Positions 1 to 9,421 of a stretch of 45,338 bases of DNA are shown in pieces. Source of the DNA: an uncultured Gammaproteobacteria bacterium (GTDB lineage Bacteria > Patescibacteriota > Patescibacteriia > Buchananbacterales > GWA2-38-13); assembly GCA_964373925.1 (NCBI GenBank), contig CAYJWS010000001.1, positions 1 through 45,338 of the forward strand, written 5' to 3'. Positions within the stretch are counted from its first letter, which is position 1. The number at the start of each line of letters is the position of its first letter. The notes under the pieces were generated by a model that made no database searches, was not told the DNA's origin, and was given only the letters and a program-made list of their open reading frames with translations. Made by a program: the position numbers and the translations under genes.

Positions 1-58
1 CATTTTTACCACTCTATTGGATACTCAATCACCACACTATTTGACGAAGAGCCATAAA

Positions 59-86
59 ATCAGGGAATAGAATGCCATTCCCTGAT
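59..86 (-). terminator. hairpin terminator candidate downstream of CDS 109..651
   Basis: perfect 10-bp inverted repeat ATCAGGGAAT (59-68) / ATTCCCTGAT (77-86) with an 8-nt loop; only a short T-run on the minus strand. Confidence 0.4.
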
Positions 87-108
87 AAAAATATATTTTC
101 TTAAAAAT

Positions 109-651
109 TTATTCTTGAACCGGTGCTGCGCCCCCACTATTGGTATTTGTATCTGATCCCTTAGGAGAAGTTTCTTTTGCGGGAGAATCGCTTGGTTTTT
201 CCTTATCCATTACGGCAGGAGAGCCTTCCGGCGAGGCGTTCACATTAGCATCAACCGCGGCGCCTTGAGGCTTGTTTGCTTCACGAAATTTTGAAACCGT
301 GTCATCAATATTGATTATCTGCGGAATAAAAAGCTTGCCGTCTCGGGTAATATAAAGATCGCCCGAACTTGTTTGGCTATCCTTTGCGAATGTTACCGTT
401 ACTTTATAAAGCCCGTTTTCCTCCGTGACACCGCTCGGAGTTACGGTTCCAACTTTATCGCCATATACTTCCGATAAAAATTTTAGCAGGCTGTCAGATC
501 CCTCTTTGGATCCAATGGCTTCAATATTTCCGCCGAAACTTGAGAAAAGGCTTTTGCCACCAAAAATAAAAATTCCAACAATGGCAATGGCAAGTACTAT
601 TGTTGATACTATCCACGGATTGATATTTTGCTCTTTTTTCGCTTCTGGCAT
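109..651 (-). CDS. membrane-anchored secreted protein, function unknown
   Basis: 180-aa ORF; single N-terminal hydrophobic helix (WIVSTIVLAIAIVGIFIFGG), small middle domain, S/P/T/G-rich low-complexity tail; no catalytic motif recognised. Confidence 0.6.
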   Translation of the reverse strand: MPEAKKEQNINPWIVSTIVLAIAIVGIFIFGGKSLFSSFGGNIEAIGSKEGSDSLLKFLSEVYGDKVGTVTPSGVTEENGLYKVTVTFAKDSQTSSGDLYITRDGKLFIPQIINIDDTVSKFREANKPQGAAVDANVNASPEGSPAVMDKEKPSDSPAKETSPKGSDTNTNSGGAAPVQE

Positions 652-862
652 ATAAAGGTATAATGAATTAGTTATATAATAACTCTATTATACATGTATT
701 TTTAAAAATAGCAATAGCTTCTTAGCCGGCAGCACATTCCATAGTTGACGAAACGTGGAAAAAATTTTAAAGTACAATCATGTTATTCATGAAACAAATT
801 TCAAACCCCGTAACAAAGACCGCGTAGCATCTAAGTATTAATCTTCATTCCACGCTGTTAAC

Positions 863-922
863 TTCCCCCTCGCCTACTCCGCCGTAGTCCCGAATGCTTA
901 CGGGAGTATGCAGCGAAGGGGA
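863..922. repeat. GC-rich palindromic intergenic element immediately upstream of glyA
   Basis: nested stems CCCCTCGC..GCGAAGGGG, TACTCC..GGAGTA, CCCG..CGGG; shares the 11-mer CCTACTCCGCC with the element at 14155-14235. Confidence 0.5.
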
Positions 923-933
923 ATAAAAAACAT

Positions 934-2184
934 ATGCTTTATACCCATCTCAAAAGCGAAGATCCAGAAATTTCAAAAATTATCGGAAACGAAATAAACC
1001 GACAAAAAAACGGACTTGTTATGATTCCTTCTGAAAACTATGCCTCCTTGGCGGTGCTTGAAGCCATGGCAAGTCCGCTTTCCAATAAATACGCCGAAGG
1101 ATATCCTAAAAAACGATACTATACGGGAAACGAATTCATAGACGAAGTGGAGCTTTTGGCAATTGAACGCGCCAAAAAACTTTTTGGGGCCGAGCACGCC
1201 AATGTCCAGCCCAATGCAGGCAGCGGAGCGAACCTCGCGATCTATTTTGCGCTTCTTGAGAGAGGCGATAAGGTCTTGGGAATGAAGCTCGACCAGGGTG
1301 GGCATCTTACGCACGGGCATAAGGTAAACATGAGCGGAAAACTTTTTAACTTTGTCCAATACGGAGTGCGAAAAGACACCGAGCTCCTTGATATGAATGA
1401 AATTCGTGAAATCGCGCTTAAAGAAAAGCCAAAGATGATAGTGACAGGCGCTACGGCATATCCGAGAATATTTGATTTTAAAAAATTCAAAGAAATCTGC
1501 GATGAAGTGGGCGCAATACTTCTGGCGGATATTTCGCATTTCGTTGGGCTGTGCATCTCGGGCGACCATCCCCATCCGTTTCCAGAGTCTGACGTGGTAA
1601 TGTCAACAACGCATAAAACTTTGCGTGGACCGAGATCAGCGATTATCCTTTGCAAAGAAAAATATGCCCAAGCCATTGACCGCGCTATTTTTCCTGGCAC
1701 GCAGGGAGGCCCAATGGAGCATGTGATAGCAGCAAAAGCAGTCTGTTTTAAAGAAGCAGACACGCAAGACTATAAAGACTACTGCCATCAGATAGTAAAA
1801 AACGCGAAAACTCTCGCGGAAACTCTTATGGGTGAGGACATAAGGCTTGTCTCCGGCGGAACAGACAATCATCTCATGCTCATAGATTGCCTCCCCCTCA
1901 AAATTACTGGAAAAGTTGGATCGGACGCTTTAGCTGAATGTAATATTTTTACAAACAGAAATTCTATTCCATTCGACCCCGCGCCTCCATTCAAGCCCTC
2001 GGGCATACGGCTGGGCACCCCCGCAATTACCGCTCGTGGAATGAAAGAAAATGAAATGAAAGCCATTGGAAAAGCTATAGCCGATATTTTGAAAAATACT
2101 AACAGCGAAGACGCTAAATCGCGCGCAAAAAAAATCGTTGAGGATGCAACAAAAGAATTTCCAATATACCAAGAGTTGAATTAA
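934..2184 (+). CDS. glyA: serine hydroxymethyltransferase
   Basis: 416-aa ORF; MIPSENYAS, NKYAEGYPKKRYYTG, HANVQPNAGSGAN, GGHLTHGH and PLP-lysine motif TTHKTLRGPR are hallmark SHMT motifs. Confidence 0.95.
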   Translation: MLYTHLKSEDPEISKIIGNEINRQKNGLVMIPSENYASLAVLEAMASPLSNKYAEGYPKKRYYTGNEFIDEVELLAIERAKKLFGAEHANVQPNAGSGANLAIYFALLERGDKVLGMKLDQGGHLTHGHKVNMSGKLFNFVQYGVRKDTELLDMNEIREIALKEKPKMIVTGATAYPRIFDFKKFKEICDEVGAILLADISHFVGLCISGDHPHPFPESDVVMSTTHKTLRGPRSAIILCKEKYAQAIDRAIFPGTQGGPMEHVIAAKAVCFKEADTQDYKDYCHQIVKNAKTLAETLMGEDIRLVSGGTDNHLMLIDCLPLKITGKVGSDALAECNIFTNRNSIPFDPAPPFKPSGIRLGTPAITARGMKENEMKAIGKAIADILKNTNSEDAKSRAKKIVEDATKEFPIYQELN

Positions 2185-2194
2185 TATTATTTAT

Positions 2195-2221
2195 CTGTCA
2201 TCCTGAATTTATTTCAGGATC
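2195..2221. repeat. short hairpin repeat, CTGTCATYCC family (copy 1)
   Basis: CTGTCATCCTGAAtttattTTCAGGATC, 8-bp stem; same 5' consensus and architecture as copies at 10627-10652 and 20028-20054; sits just after the glyA stop. Confidence 0.6.
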
Positions 2222-2239
2222 TTCATTGGTTTTATTTAG

Positions 2240-2319
2240 ATGCTGAAACAAGTTCCATTCGGCCTCGCCCCTCGGTCTCTAACTCGGGGTCGAGAGAAGC
2301 TCATGGCCGAGGGCAGCAT
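2240..2319. repeat. GC-rich palindromic intergenic element between glyA and folD
   Basis: outer stem ATGCTG..CAGCAT; core GGCCTCGCCCCTCGGTCTCTAACTCGGGGTCGAGAG resembles TGCCTCGCCCCGTCTCGACTCGAGCCGGAG at 3269-3298. Confidence 0.5.
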
Positions 2320-2337
2320 GACACATAACAATAGGCT

Positions 2338-3186
2338 ATGGTCAAAAAATTGCACAATCACGAATTTCATCTCATTGACGGCAAGGCACTCGCCGAAGAA
2401 ATCCTCTTGGATCTTCAAAAAAAAATTATCAAAGAAAACTTCCATCCCGGCCTTGCGGTCATTTTAGTCGGGGATGATGAACCGTCAAAACTCTATGTGA
2501 GGAACAAAGAAAGAGCGTGCCAGAAAGTGGGAATGGAGTTCCATAAATACATCTGCGAAAAAGAAACCGAAGGTCAAATTATTGACATGATACGTTTTCT
2601 TAATAATGACCCAGCTATCACGGGGATTATTGTGCAGTTGCCTTTGCCAAAAGGCATAAACACACAAAAAATAATTGATGGCATTGATCCAAAAAAAGAT
2701 GCTGATGGGTTTCACCCCCAAAACATAAAAAAAATACTTTCTCAAAAAACAGCGCATCTTCCTCCGCTCATAAAAACCATTTTTTATATTTTAAAAAGTA
2801 TTGCAATGGATGTGGTGGATAAACGCGTATGCGTGCTTTCCAGATCCGATATATTCCGACAGGTTATTGTGAAAGCCCTAGAAGATAAAGGAGCGCGTGT
2901 TGATGCCACAACGCTTGAAGCAACAAATGCAAAAAAAAATTTAAAAGAAGCGGATATCGTCATCTCCATCCTTGGAAAACCAAAAATCATCACGGGCGAT
3001 ATGATAAAAAAGGGCGCGACGATTATTGATATTGGAATCACAAAAACAGAAAATGGATTTTTTGGCGACGTTGACCTTGAGTCAATAAAAAAAGTGGCAA
3101 AATTCGCCACTCCCACGCCCGGAGGTGTTGGCCCGATCACGGTCGCAATGCTTTTAGATACGGTATTTGAGCTTTCAAGAAAATGA
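2338..3186 (+). CDS. folD: bifunctional methylenetetrahydrofolate dehydrogenase/methenyl-THF cyclohydrolase
   Basis: 282-aa ORF; YVRNKERACQKVGM, IIVQLPLP, DPKKDADGFHP and TPTPGGVGPITVAMLL match FolD signature segments; adjacent to glyA. Confidence 0.93.
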   Translation: MVKKLHNHEFHLIDGKALAEEILLDLQKKIIKENFHPGLAVILVGDDEPSKLYVRNKERACQKVGMEFHKYICEKETEGQIIDMIRFLNNDPAITGIIVQLPLPKGINTQKIIDGIDPKKDADGFHPQNIKKILSQKTAHLPPLIKTIFYILKSIAMDVVDKRVCVLSRSDIFRQVIVKALEDKGARVDATTLEATNAKKNLKEADIVISILGKPKIITGDMIKKGATIIDIGITKTENGFFGDVDLESIKKVAKFATPTPGGVGPITVAMLLDTVFELSRK

Positions 3187-3248
3187 TGAGTAACGAGTAA
3201 CCCGTAATCAGTAACGGGTAACAAATACGAATTATCTTTTTTTTCTAT

Positions 3249-3405
3249 TTCTCCCCCGTGTGAGGGCCTGCCTCGCCCCGTCTCGACTCGAGCCGGAGCG
3301 GACGGCAAGGCTGGGGAGATGGAAGAGGGGGTCTTGCGATATAATACGATGACCTCCCCAGCCCCTCCCTGCCTCGTCGGCGAGCGGGCTCATGAGGAGG
3401 GGAAA
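3249..3405. repeat. cluster of C-run/G-run palindromic repeats
   Basis: GC-rich block in AT-rich spacer; CTGGGGAG (3311-3318) pairs with CTCCCCAG (3354-3361); CCCCTCCC..GGAGGGG arms like those at 10070-10210 and 21906-21950. Confidence 0.55.
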
Positions 3406-3429
3406 TGAACTTGGCGCGTAAATCCTAAA

Positions 3430-3642
3430 TTATACTCCTGATCGCAAGGAGGTAATTGCCCGAAAAACAATTTCTAGGGCAATAAAAATTGCTGACACGA
3501 TAATCAGCGACAGCACGACAACCTGAACGGAAATTTTTCTTTGTAATTTTGTATCTATGGGCGCAAGGCGCCTTTCTTGATGTTCGGGGTTGATCATATT
3601 ATTTGATGCGAATACTGCAAATTTTTTATGCAAATACCGCAA
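3430..3642 (-). CDS. small hypothetical membrane protein (weak call)
   Basis: 70-aa ORF with one hydrophobic helix (VVVLSLIIVSAIFIALEIVF); no SD, no motif; start ambiguous. Confidence 0.25.
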   Translation of the reverse strand: MRYLHKKFAVFASNNMINPEHQERRLAPIDTKLQRKISVQVVVLSLIIVSAIFIALEIVFRAITSLRSGV

Positions 3643-3653
3643 ATAGTATTAAT

Positions 3654-4042
3654 TTATAATTGAGAATTTATTACTCTTTTGGGAACAAGAATCCTTTGGC
3701 GAAAATTGCAGATTATACCCAATTTAAAATTCAACGAAATCAAATACCTGCGCATTTGATAATAGTCATCTCTGGTAATAAAATCCTTGGCTTTAAAATC
3801 AACAACTATTGCATCAGCTATTACAAAATCAGGAATACTTCTCATTTTCTCCCCCTCAAAAGAAGGCGGCAATTTCTTTTCTCTTTCAAGGATTATGCCT
3901 TTTTCATTTAGCAAGAATTCCATCGCATCGGCATATTGTTTTTCATTTCTATAGCGACCATGGTCGTTATGGATCTTATAGCAACAACCATTATGATATA
4001 GGATAATTCTGGATAAATTAATTTTTCAGATTGCTTATCCAT
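3654..4042 (-). pseudogene. GxxExxY-family (PD-(D/E)XK-like) small protein gene interrupted by a frameshift
   Basis: ORF 3654..3923 gives the C-terminal part (DFVIADAIVVDFKAKD..YQMRRYLISLNFKLGIICNF). Upstream in the same frame without an ATG it reads NGCCYKIHNDHGRYRNEKQYADA. A different frame starting at ATG 4042 reads MDKQSEKLIYPELSYIIM. Joining them needs a 1-nt shift near 3990. Confidence 0.55.
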
Positions 4043-4084
4043 ATTTATCCGCAGTATTAGCATTTGCTATTCGTGGTATTCGCA

Positions 4085-4462
4085 TCAATATGATTTTATA
4101 AAGTTACAATCTTCATCCACCTCTATAAAATGTTTTGCCTTGCCTTCACGAAATGCCGCGCACTGATTTTTCTCTTGATTATCGGTATCAATCCTGGGCG
4201 AATGTGCCACATCGCATACCCAGTCTTGCATATTGGGAATGGGATTTCCAATACAAGGTCCGCTCGAGAGATTGGTTTCGTTTTGCAGGGCCGCTTTGCA
4301 TAACTCTACGCACTGCGCCTTGGCAATGTCTGATTCCGCCTGAATCTTTTTTTCAATAGTTCCTATGCCAGTTGTCGCGTTTATTATATCATCCGTTGTT
4401 TTTTTCGCGCATCCGGACGATATAATAATAAAAATTATATAGCAAACAAAAATTTTTTTCAT
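4085..4462 (-). CDS. Cys-rich secreted lipoprotein, function unknown
   Basis: start moved to MKKIFVCYIIFIIISSGC (lipobox-like ISSGC); mature part has 6 further Cys; ORF track start at 4498 is probably too far upstream. Confidence 0.6.
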   Translation of the reverse strand: MKKIFVCYIIFIIISSGCAKKTTDDIINATTGIGTIEKKIQAESDIAKAQCVELCKAALQNETNLSSGPCIGNPIPNMQDWVCDVAHSPRIDTDNQEKNQCAAFREGKAKHFIEVDEDCNFIKSY

Positions 4463-4569
4463 ATGATATTGAAACTGCAAAAAATTGTCATGGCGCACCC
4501 CCGATGGCTATCGGGGGATCTAAAAAAATGACAAATTTACTTTTCTATAATCTTAAGTCTTAATACTAC

Positions 4570-5973
4570 CTATTTCTTTTGAATCGTCGCGGACTTTGCA
4601 AGCGGAAAAATGAGAATTACCTGCGAGCCGACCCCTTCCATACTTTCAATATAAATTTTTCCTTTCATTATTTCAACCAGTTGTTTCGTTATCCAGAGGC
4701 CAAGGCCTGTTCCCACCACTCCTTTCGTATAATCGTTTTGCACTCGGAAAAATTTTTCAAAAAGCCTTCCCTGATCCTCCGCTGACATTCCAATGCCGGT
4801 GTCTTTCACCTTCACTTCAAGGGAGTAATCTTTTATTTCATGTGATATGACAACCGAGCCTTTCTTCGTATATTTTATTGCGTTTCCTATTATATTTAAA
4901 AGAATTTCTTTGAATTTATCGGAGTCGGCGTAGATATTTTCAATCTTGCTTTTATTTGACGAATACTCTAAGCTAAGTTGCTTTTCTTGAGCTTGAGGTT
5001 CAAGTTCGCGCACAACATCAACGATGACATTTTTGGGATTGAATGATTTCATATTGAGAATCACTCTTCCCTGCTCAATTCTTGATACATTCAATAGATC
5101 TTCAATGAGCCCCGCGAGCCGCTTCGTAGATGTCATAACCCGATCAAGCCCGCCTCTCACATTTTTTGTGATTTTGCCATAGCTTCCGTCAAGCATCATG
5201 GCGACATATCCGCGCATGGCCGTTATCGGGGTTCTCAATTCGTGCGAAGCTATGGAAATAAATTCGTCTTTCATGGCGTCTACTTGCCGAATTTTTTTAT
5301 ATAGTGAGGCGTAGCCCCACAGCCGCGTTGACGCTGCCAAAAAAAGCACGGCTATGAGGGTTGACAGAGCCAAAGAGACAAGAGAAGATCTCCAACTGCT
5401 GTTGGTAAGCTCATCCACTACTTTTGAAGACATCTGAATACTTAAAAGCGCGGCTTTATTTTTTTGCAAATTATATAAAGGCATTGACACGAGCCAAAAT
5501 CGTTCTTCGTCTAAAACGAGCTCAAGTCCAATCTTACCATTAAGTTGCGCTAACTTTACAGAATCGGTTGCTAGCGCCTCGTTTTCCTTTTGCTGAAAAG
5601 CAACCGTATAGTAATAATAATTAATCTGCGTATTAATATTATCCAAAACAGTACTCGCCACAACCCTAAATCCATCCGTCTCGGGAACCAGAATGTGAAG
5701 TGACAAGATATCCGGGCTTGAGGCCTTGACTGAATTGAGTATTTCCTGAATGGCGAATGTATCTTGAAGATTATTTTTAGCAGCAGAGGAAAACATTCTC
5801 GCCAAAAGAAGCGCCTGCCTCTGAAGGGCGATATCGGTATTTTTATTATACTGATTGATAATAAAAACTGTGTTGAAAATAATCAAAAAAGGAATAAGTA
5901 CCATTAAAAAAATTCCATACGCGAGCTGGAATCTCACATCCGAAAATACGTGCCGTGCTTTCTTTTCTTTCAT
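4570..5973 (-). CDS. sensor histidine kinase (no cognate response regulator in window)
   Basis: 467-aa ORF; two TM segments around a ~170-aa outside domain; H-box SHELRTPITAMRGY, N-box NIIGNAIKYT, G-boxes DTGIGM and GTGLGLWI. Confidence 0.9.
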   Translation of the reverse strand: MKEKKARHVFSDVRFQLAYGIFLMVLIPFLIIFNTVFIINQYNKNTDIALQRQALLLARMFSSAAKNNLQDTFAIQEILNSVKASSPDILSLHILVPETDGFRVVASTVLDNINTQINYYYYTVAFQQKENEALATDSVKLAQLNGKIGLELVLDEERFWLVSMPLYNLQKNKAALLSIQMSSKVVDELTNSSWRSSLVSLALSTLIAVLFLAASTRLWGYASLYKKIRQVDAMKDEFISIASHELRTPITAMRGYVAMMLDGSYGKITKNVRGGLDRVMTSTKRLAGLIEDLLNVSRIEQGRVILNMKSFNPKNVIVDVVRELEPQAQEKQLSLEYSSNKSKIENIYADSDKFKEILLNIIGNAIKYTKKGSVVISHEIKDYSLEVKVKDTGIGMSAEDQGRLFEKFFRVQNDYTKGVVGTGLGLWITKQLVEIMKGKIYIESMEGVGSQVILIFPLAKSATIQKK

Positions 5974-5996
5974 GAATAAAATTAATTTCTTAGCCT

Positions 5997-8900
5997 CTAA
6001 AAATAATCATCTTTCTTGCCGTGCAGCAGAAAATAAATTACCAAAACAATTCCCAAAAGCATGACAGCACCCGCAATAAGAAGATAAGATTTAACATTAT
6101 CCCACGATGAGCTGCGGGCAGAGAGCCCTTCTATAAAAAATTCTTTAGCTGTTACGGCTTTTGCCTCTTTAATGAAAAAAGAATAAGGGTTGCTTTTTTC
6201 AACAACCTTTCCGGTGCTGTCGTTTATTGTCACATACGCCTCATGCTCTCCGTCACGAAGCGACTCCTTGAGCGTGTACGACCAATTGCCGAACTCATCA
6301 ACCGTTGTTGTTAAAAGAAGCGGCAAATCGCTGTATACGTATATCGCGACGACCTCGCCGGGAATACCCTTGCCCGAAAACTTGTAAAACGTATTAGTTG
6401 TTCCATCTCTATTTTCATCAATGCTCGCCGGCTCGGCAACATCTTCTACTTTTTCAATCTCTAGGTCTTCCGAAAGTATACCCGAAATTTTTGGATGCTC
6501 AATATTCGCGCGGGCCACAAGCGCCTCATCAATGCCCCCAAGCTTCTTTTGTATTGGTCCGGTCCCCAGAGGATTAAACCCGCCCCTTACCTCTATCCCA
6601 TCCAAATACCCGTCGCCATCAGAATCGGGGTTGCGAGGATTCGTGCCAAGCCTTTCTTCAACATCATCAGAGAGGCCATCTTGATCAAAATCAGAGAGCA
6701 TAACGGCGTTGGCCAAAGATTCCACCCTGTCATTGTGCAAAAGCTCTACTGTTCCGGCAGCTGGAATAAAAAGTACATTTGTTTCTTTTTTTACTACAAT
6801 GGGCACAATGTCTTCAACGCTTGTTATCTGGGTAAGATCATCTCCGTCCGCTGATACGTCTTTCGGGCGTAAAGTAACATCGCTATTGATGAATGGATCT
6901 AAAATTTCTTTTATTTTTTCAGACTCTTTTATCTTCTTTGCGGCAACGCCCAAATGCCTGCGGCGCAAAACTTCTTTGCACGAAATATCATCCAATCCCT
7001 GGCACCCTATTTTTGAAATATATCGATCAAATATATAATCAAAACACTCTTGACTGCTTGTGATTTTTTGCCTTTGGCATTCTTCTTCAAAATATTTTTC
7101 CTTGATGATATTATTGCATTCCCACTGCGTAAACGCATGCTTTTCTACGCACTCGGAAGGAAATGTAATTTTTTGCAAAAATTCCTCGCATTCTTTTTTT
7201 GAGGTTATTTCCTGCGCTTTGCATTCCTGTGGAAAATACTCGCGTGCTATAATTTTTTGGCATTCGGCGTCATCTTTGCCAACACACGCGCTATCTTGCG
7301 CCACAGAAGCGACACGCGATGAGTCATTATTTTTTTGGCTCTCTTGTGAAAATTTGAATCGCTGGCAGGCATAAAGATCCAATATTCCCTCATTAATGCA
7401 ATCATTGGGAAGCCGTAAAAACTCTTGGCAGCGATGGATATTAAATATTTTTACCCGTATGCACTCATCGGTTATCCCGATTTTTTTCAACTGATATATC
7501 TTACAGCCTTCCTCGGATACAATGCCCGCGACCGAACATTCTTTCATCTTTTCTTGAATAGAATCTCTTTGATTTTTTTGAAAATTCTCCCGTACTCTCA
7601 TTGTTTTGTTATCACCATCTCTTATTTCGCCTGCGGTTGTTTTCTCAATCTCATTATGTTCCAGCTCGGGCTCCGCCGAAATACCTTCTGGAGCGTTATC
7701 CTGATTTTCTTTTGGAATAAAAGATCCTTCTTGCTGCGTATTACCGCCTTCTACATTTTCCACCTGAAAAACTATCCGCTCTGACGCATACTGAGCCCCG
7801 CTCACCGATGTCATGGCCTGCGCAGTATACCCACCATTGTTCACGCTTGTGCTGTCCCACAAAACATACCAGATACTTTGGTTCGCCGGATCATTATTGA
7901 GCTCAAGCGAAAATTTATGAAGCTCTTTAAAAATTTTAATAAACATCCTATCTGGTTTTGCGTTACTAACAGCAACTAAAAATTTTGCTGATCTGGATAT
8001 CTTTGAATATGGCAAGGGCGAGGTAATAAAAACAACGGGCACTGCCTGCTCGGTTCCAATATTTTGAACATTCAGGGTGAATGGCTTTGTTTGATATACA
8101 AATCCTTGTGCCTTGGCCTTCGCGATTACCGCGTAGCTCCCATTGGGGACTTTGAGCGTATCCCAATACGAGATCCAGCTTGCCCCGTCAAGTCTTCCTC
8201 CTAGCTGATACTCTTGAGAACTTCCAGTAATAATAAAAATGAGCTCATCTAAAGCAGAAGATGCTTTGGCTTCAAGCCGAACGGTTTTTGAAACGGGTGT
8301 TTCGTCCGGCAAAAACAAAAAAATATCAATGGGGGGTGGCGTTTGAGGCGCTTCTTGAGTGGGCGGCAATTGAGCCGTTCCGGAAGTATTCGTTTGGATT
8401 GTCGGTGCTGTATTATTTACAAAAAATGTGGATATATTGCTTGCGTACGCTCTATCCAGCTTTTTTGCAACAATTCCAACTTTGTACTCTCCATTGGGAA
8501 AGGAAGCGGTATCCCATTGGGTTTGTATATATCTTCCATCAATAATCGCCGGGTAATAGAGAATGGCTGGGCCCGAAATCTCAAACTGTGCCGAATCAAC
8601 CAAAACATTTGATTGAGCCAGCAAAGTGACAATGCCTGATATTTGGCTTTGGCTCGGCTGGATGAATAAAAAATCTATGCTTGAAGGAAGATTGTTAATA
8701 AAAATTGTCAGAGTCTGTGCCGCAGGATATGCTTTTAACCCCACAAAACCAATAACAGAAACGGCATAGCTTCCATTAGAAAGCTCGGCTGAATTTAGGG
8801 TATATTGCCATGTTAATCTATCGCCAGAAATATTTTGCGCGGAAAACTGCTTGTCCGGCGAAATGACCGAATCGGGATTATCTAAAATGAATAAAAGCCC

Positions 8901-9161
8901 ATCAAGAGGATAGGTACTTTTTGCTTCAAGCAATGCTGTCGCGCTTAATGTGGAGCCATTCTGCGGCTTGTGCAAACTGATTTGCACATTCACGTCTGCG
9001 GGTGGCTGGGTTGTTTGTCCGGAAGTTGTTATTCCTGACGGAGCGGGCTCGTCTTTCGCAATGGCAAAAAAAGTAACCCCCACTGCTACAGAGATCACAC
9101 CCAGAAACACTATCAGGCAAAATTCTATTTGTTTTTTTATGAGTATGTGTTTTTGATACAT
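5997..9161 (-). CDS. large cell-surface protein: N-terminal anchor, four Ig-like repeats, Cys-rich EC..EC repeat region, TSP3-like calcium repeats, Ig-like domain, C-terminal TM anchor
   Basis: 1054-aa ORF; four ~90-aa repeats each with W..WD(T/S)..(V/F)(P/N)NG.Y; about 8 repeats of F(P/E).EC...I(T/S)..EC; DFDQDGLSDDVEERLGTNPRNPDSDGDGYLDGIE; C-terminal LLIAGAVMLLGIVLVIYFLL. Confidence 0.85.
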   Translation of the reverse strand: MYQKHILIKKQIEFCLIVFLGVISVAVGVTFFAIAKDEPAPSGITTSGQTTQPPADVNVQISLHKPQNGSTLSATALLEAKSTYPLDGLLFILDNPDSVISPDKQFSAQNISGDRLTWQYTLNSAELSNGSYAVSVIGFVGLKAYPAAQTLTIFINNLPSSIDFLFIQPSQSQISGIVTLLAQSNVLVDSAQFEISGPAILYYPAIIDGRYIQTQWDTASFPNGEYKVGIVAKKLDRAYASNISTFFVNNTAPTIQTNTSGTAQLPPTQEAPQTPPPIDIFLFLPDETPVSKTVRLEAKASSALDELIFIITGSSQEYQLGGRLDGASWISYWDTLKVPNGSYAVIAKAKAQGFVYQTKPFTLNVQNIGTEQAVPVVFITSPLPYSKISRSAKFLVAVSNAKPDRMFIKIFKELHKFSLELNNDPANQSIWYVLWDSTSVNNGGYTAQAMTSVSGAQYASERIVFQVENVEGGNTQQEGSFIPKENQDNAPEGISAEPELEHNEIEKTTAGEIRDGDNKTMRVRENFQKNQRDSIQEKMKECSVAGIVSEEGCKIYQLKKIGITDECIRVKIFNIHRCQEFLRLPNDCINEGILDLYACQRFKFSQESQKNNDSSRVASVAQDSACVGKDDAECQKIIAREYFPQECKAQEITSKKECEEFLQKITFPSECVEKHAFTQWECNNIIKEKYFEEECQRQKITSSQECFDYIFDRYISKIGCQGLDDISCKEVLRRRHLGVAAKKIKESEKIKEILDPFINSDVTLRPKDVSADGDDLTQITSVEDIVPIVVKKETNVLFIPAAGTVELLHNDRVESLANAVMLSDFDQDGLSDDVEERLGTNPRNPDSDGDGYLDGIEVRGGFNPLGTGPIQKKLGGIDEALVARANIEHPKISGILSEDLEIEKVEDVAEPASIDENRDGTTNTFYKFSGKGIPGEVVAIYVYSDLPLLLTTTVDEFGNWSYTLKESLRDGEHEAYVTINDSTGKVVEKSNPYSFFIKEAKAVTAKEFFIEGLSARSSSWDNVKSYLLIAGAVMLLGIVLVIYFLLHGKKDDYF

Positions 9162-9421
9162 AGTCCCTCTGTATACTATTATATATTACGCCACAAAACT
9201 TGTGAAGCCCACAAGCCCATAAACTTCTATACATTTTGAATGGACAAAACCCTCCGAAGCAAAATATGACCTTGCTTTTTTTACGTGCGGGTGTATATTG
9301 TATGGTATCTATTCCAATTTTTCTTGCTGTTTTTACACAGTGCGGAATAGGATAAAATTATAAATTCCTTAATATACCTTACAAACCATAAACTACTCAC
9401 TATAAGCTAAAACCTAATCCT

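Noticed and set aside
863-922. Possible folate-related riboswitch (ZTP/pfl or THF) directly upstream of glyA
   Set aside because: I could not find the ZTP signature (e.g. CCGCCUGGGC 3' sub-domain) or a THF-like core. The element also shares an 11-mer with an unrelated GC-rich element at 14155-14235, so it is more likely a member of the intergenic repeat families. An Rfam scan would settle it.
973-2172. Several 65-200-aa ORFs on the minus strand inside glyA (973..1575, 1242..1763, 1636..1872, 1869..2066, 1930..2172)
   Set aside because: They are antisense shadows of a confidently identified SHMT gene, with no motifs or start context. The same reasoning applies to the antisense ORFs inside folD, ychF, recA, ftsK, rpoB, rpoC, the histidine kinase and the 1054-aa gene.
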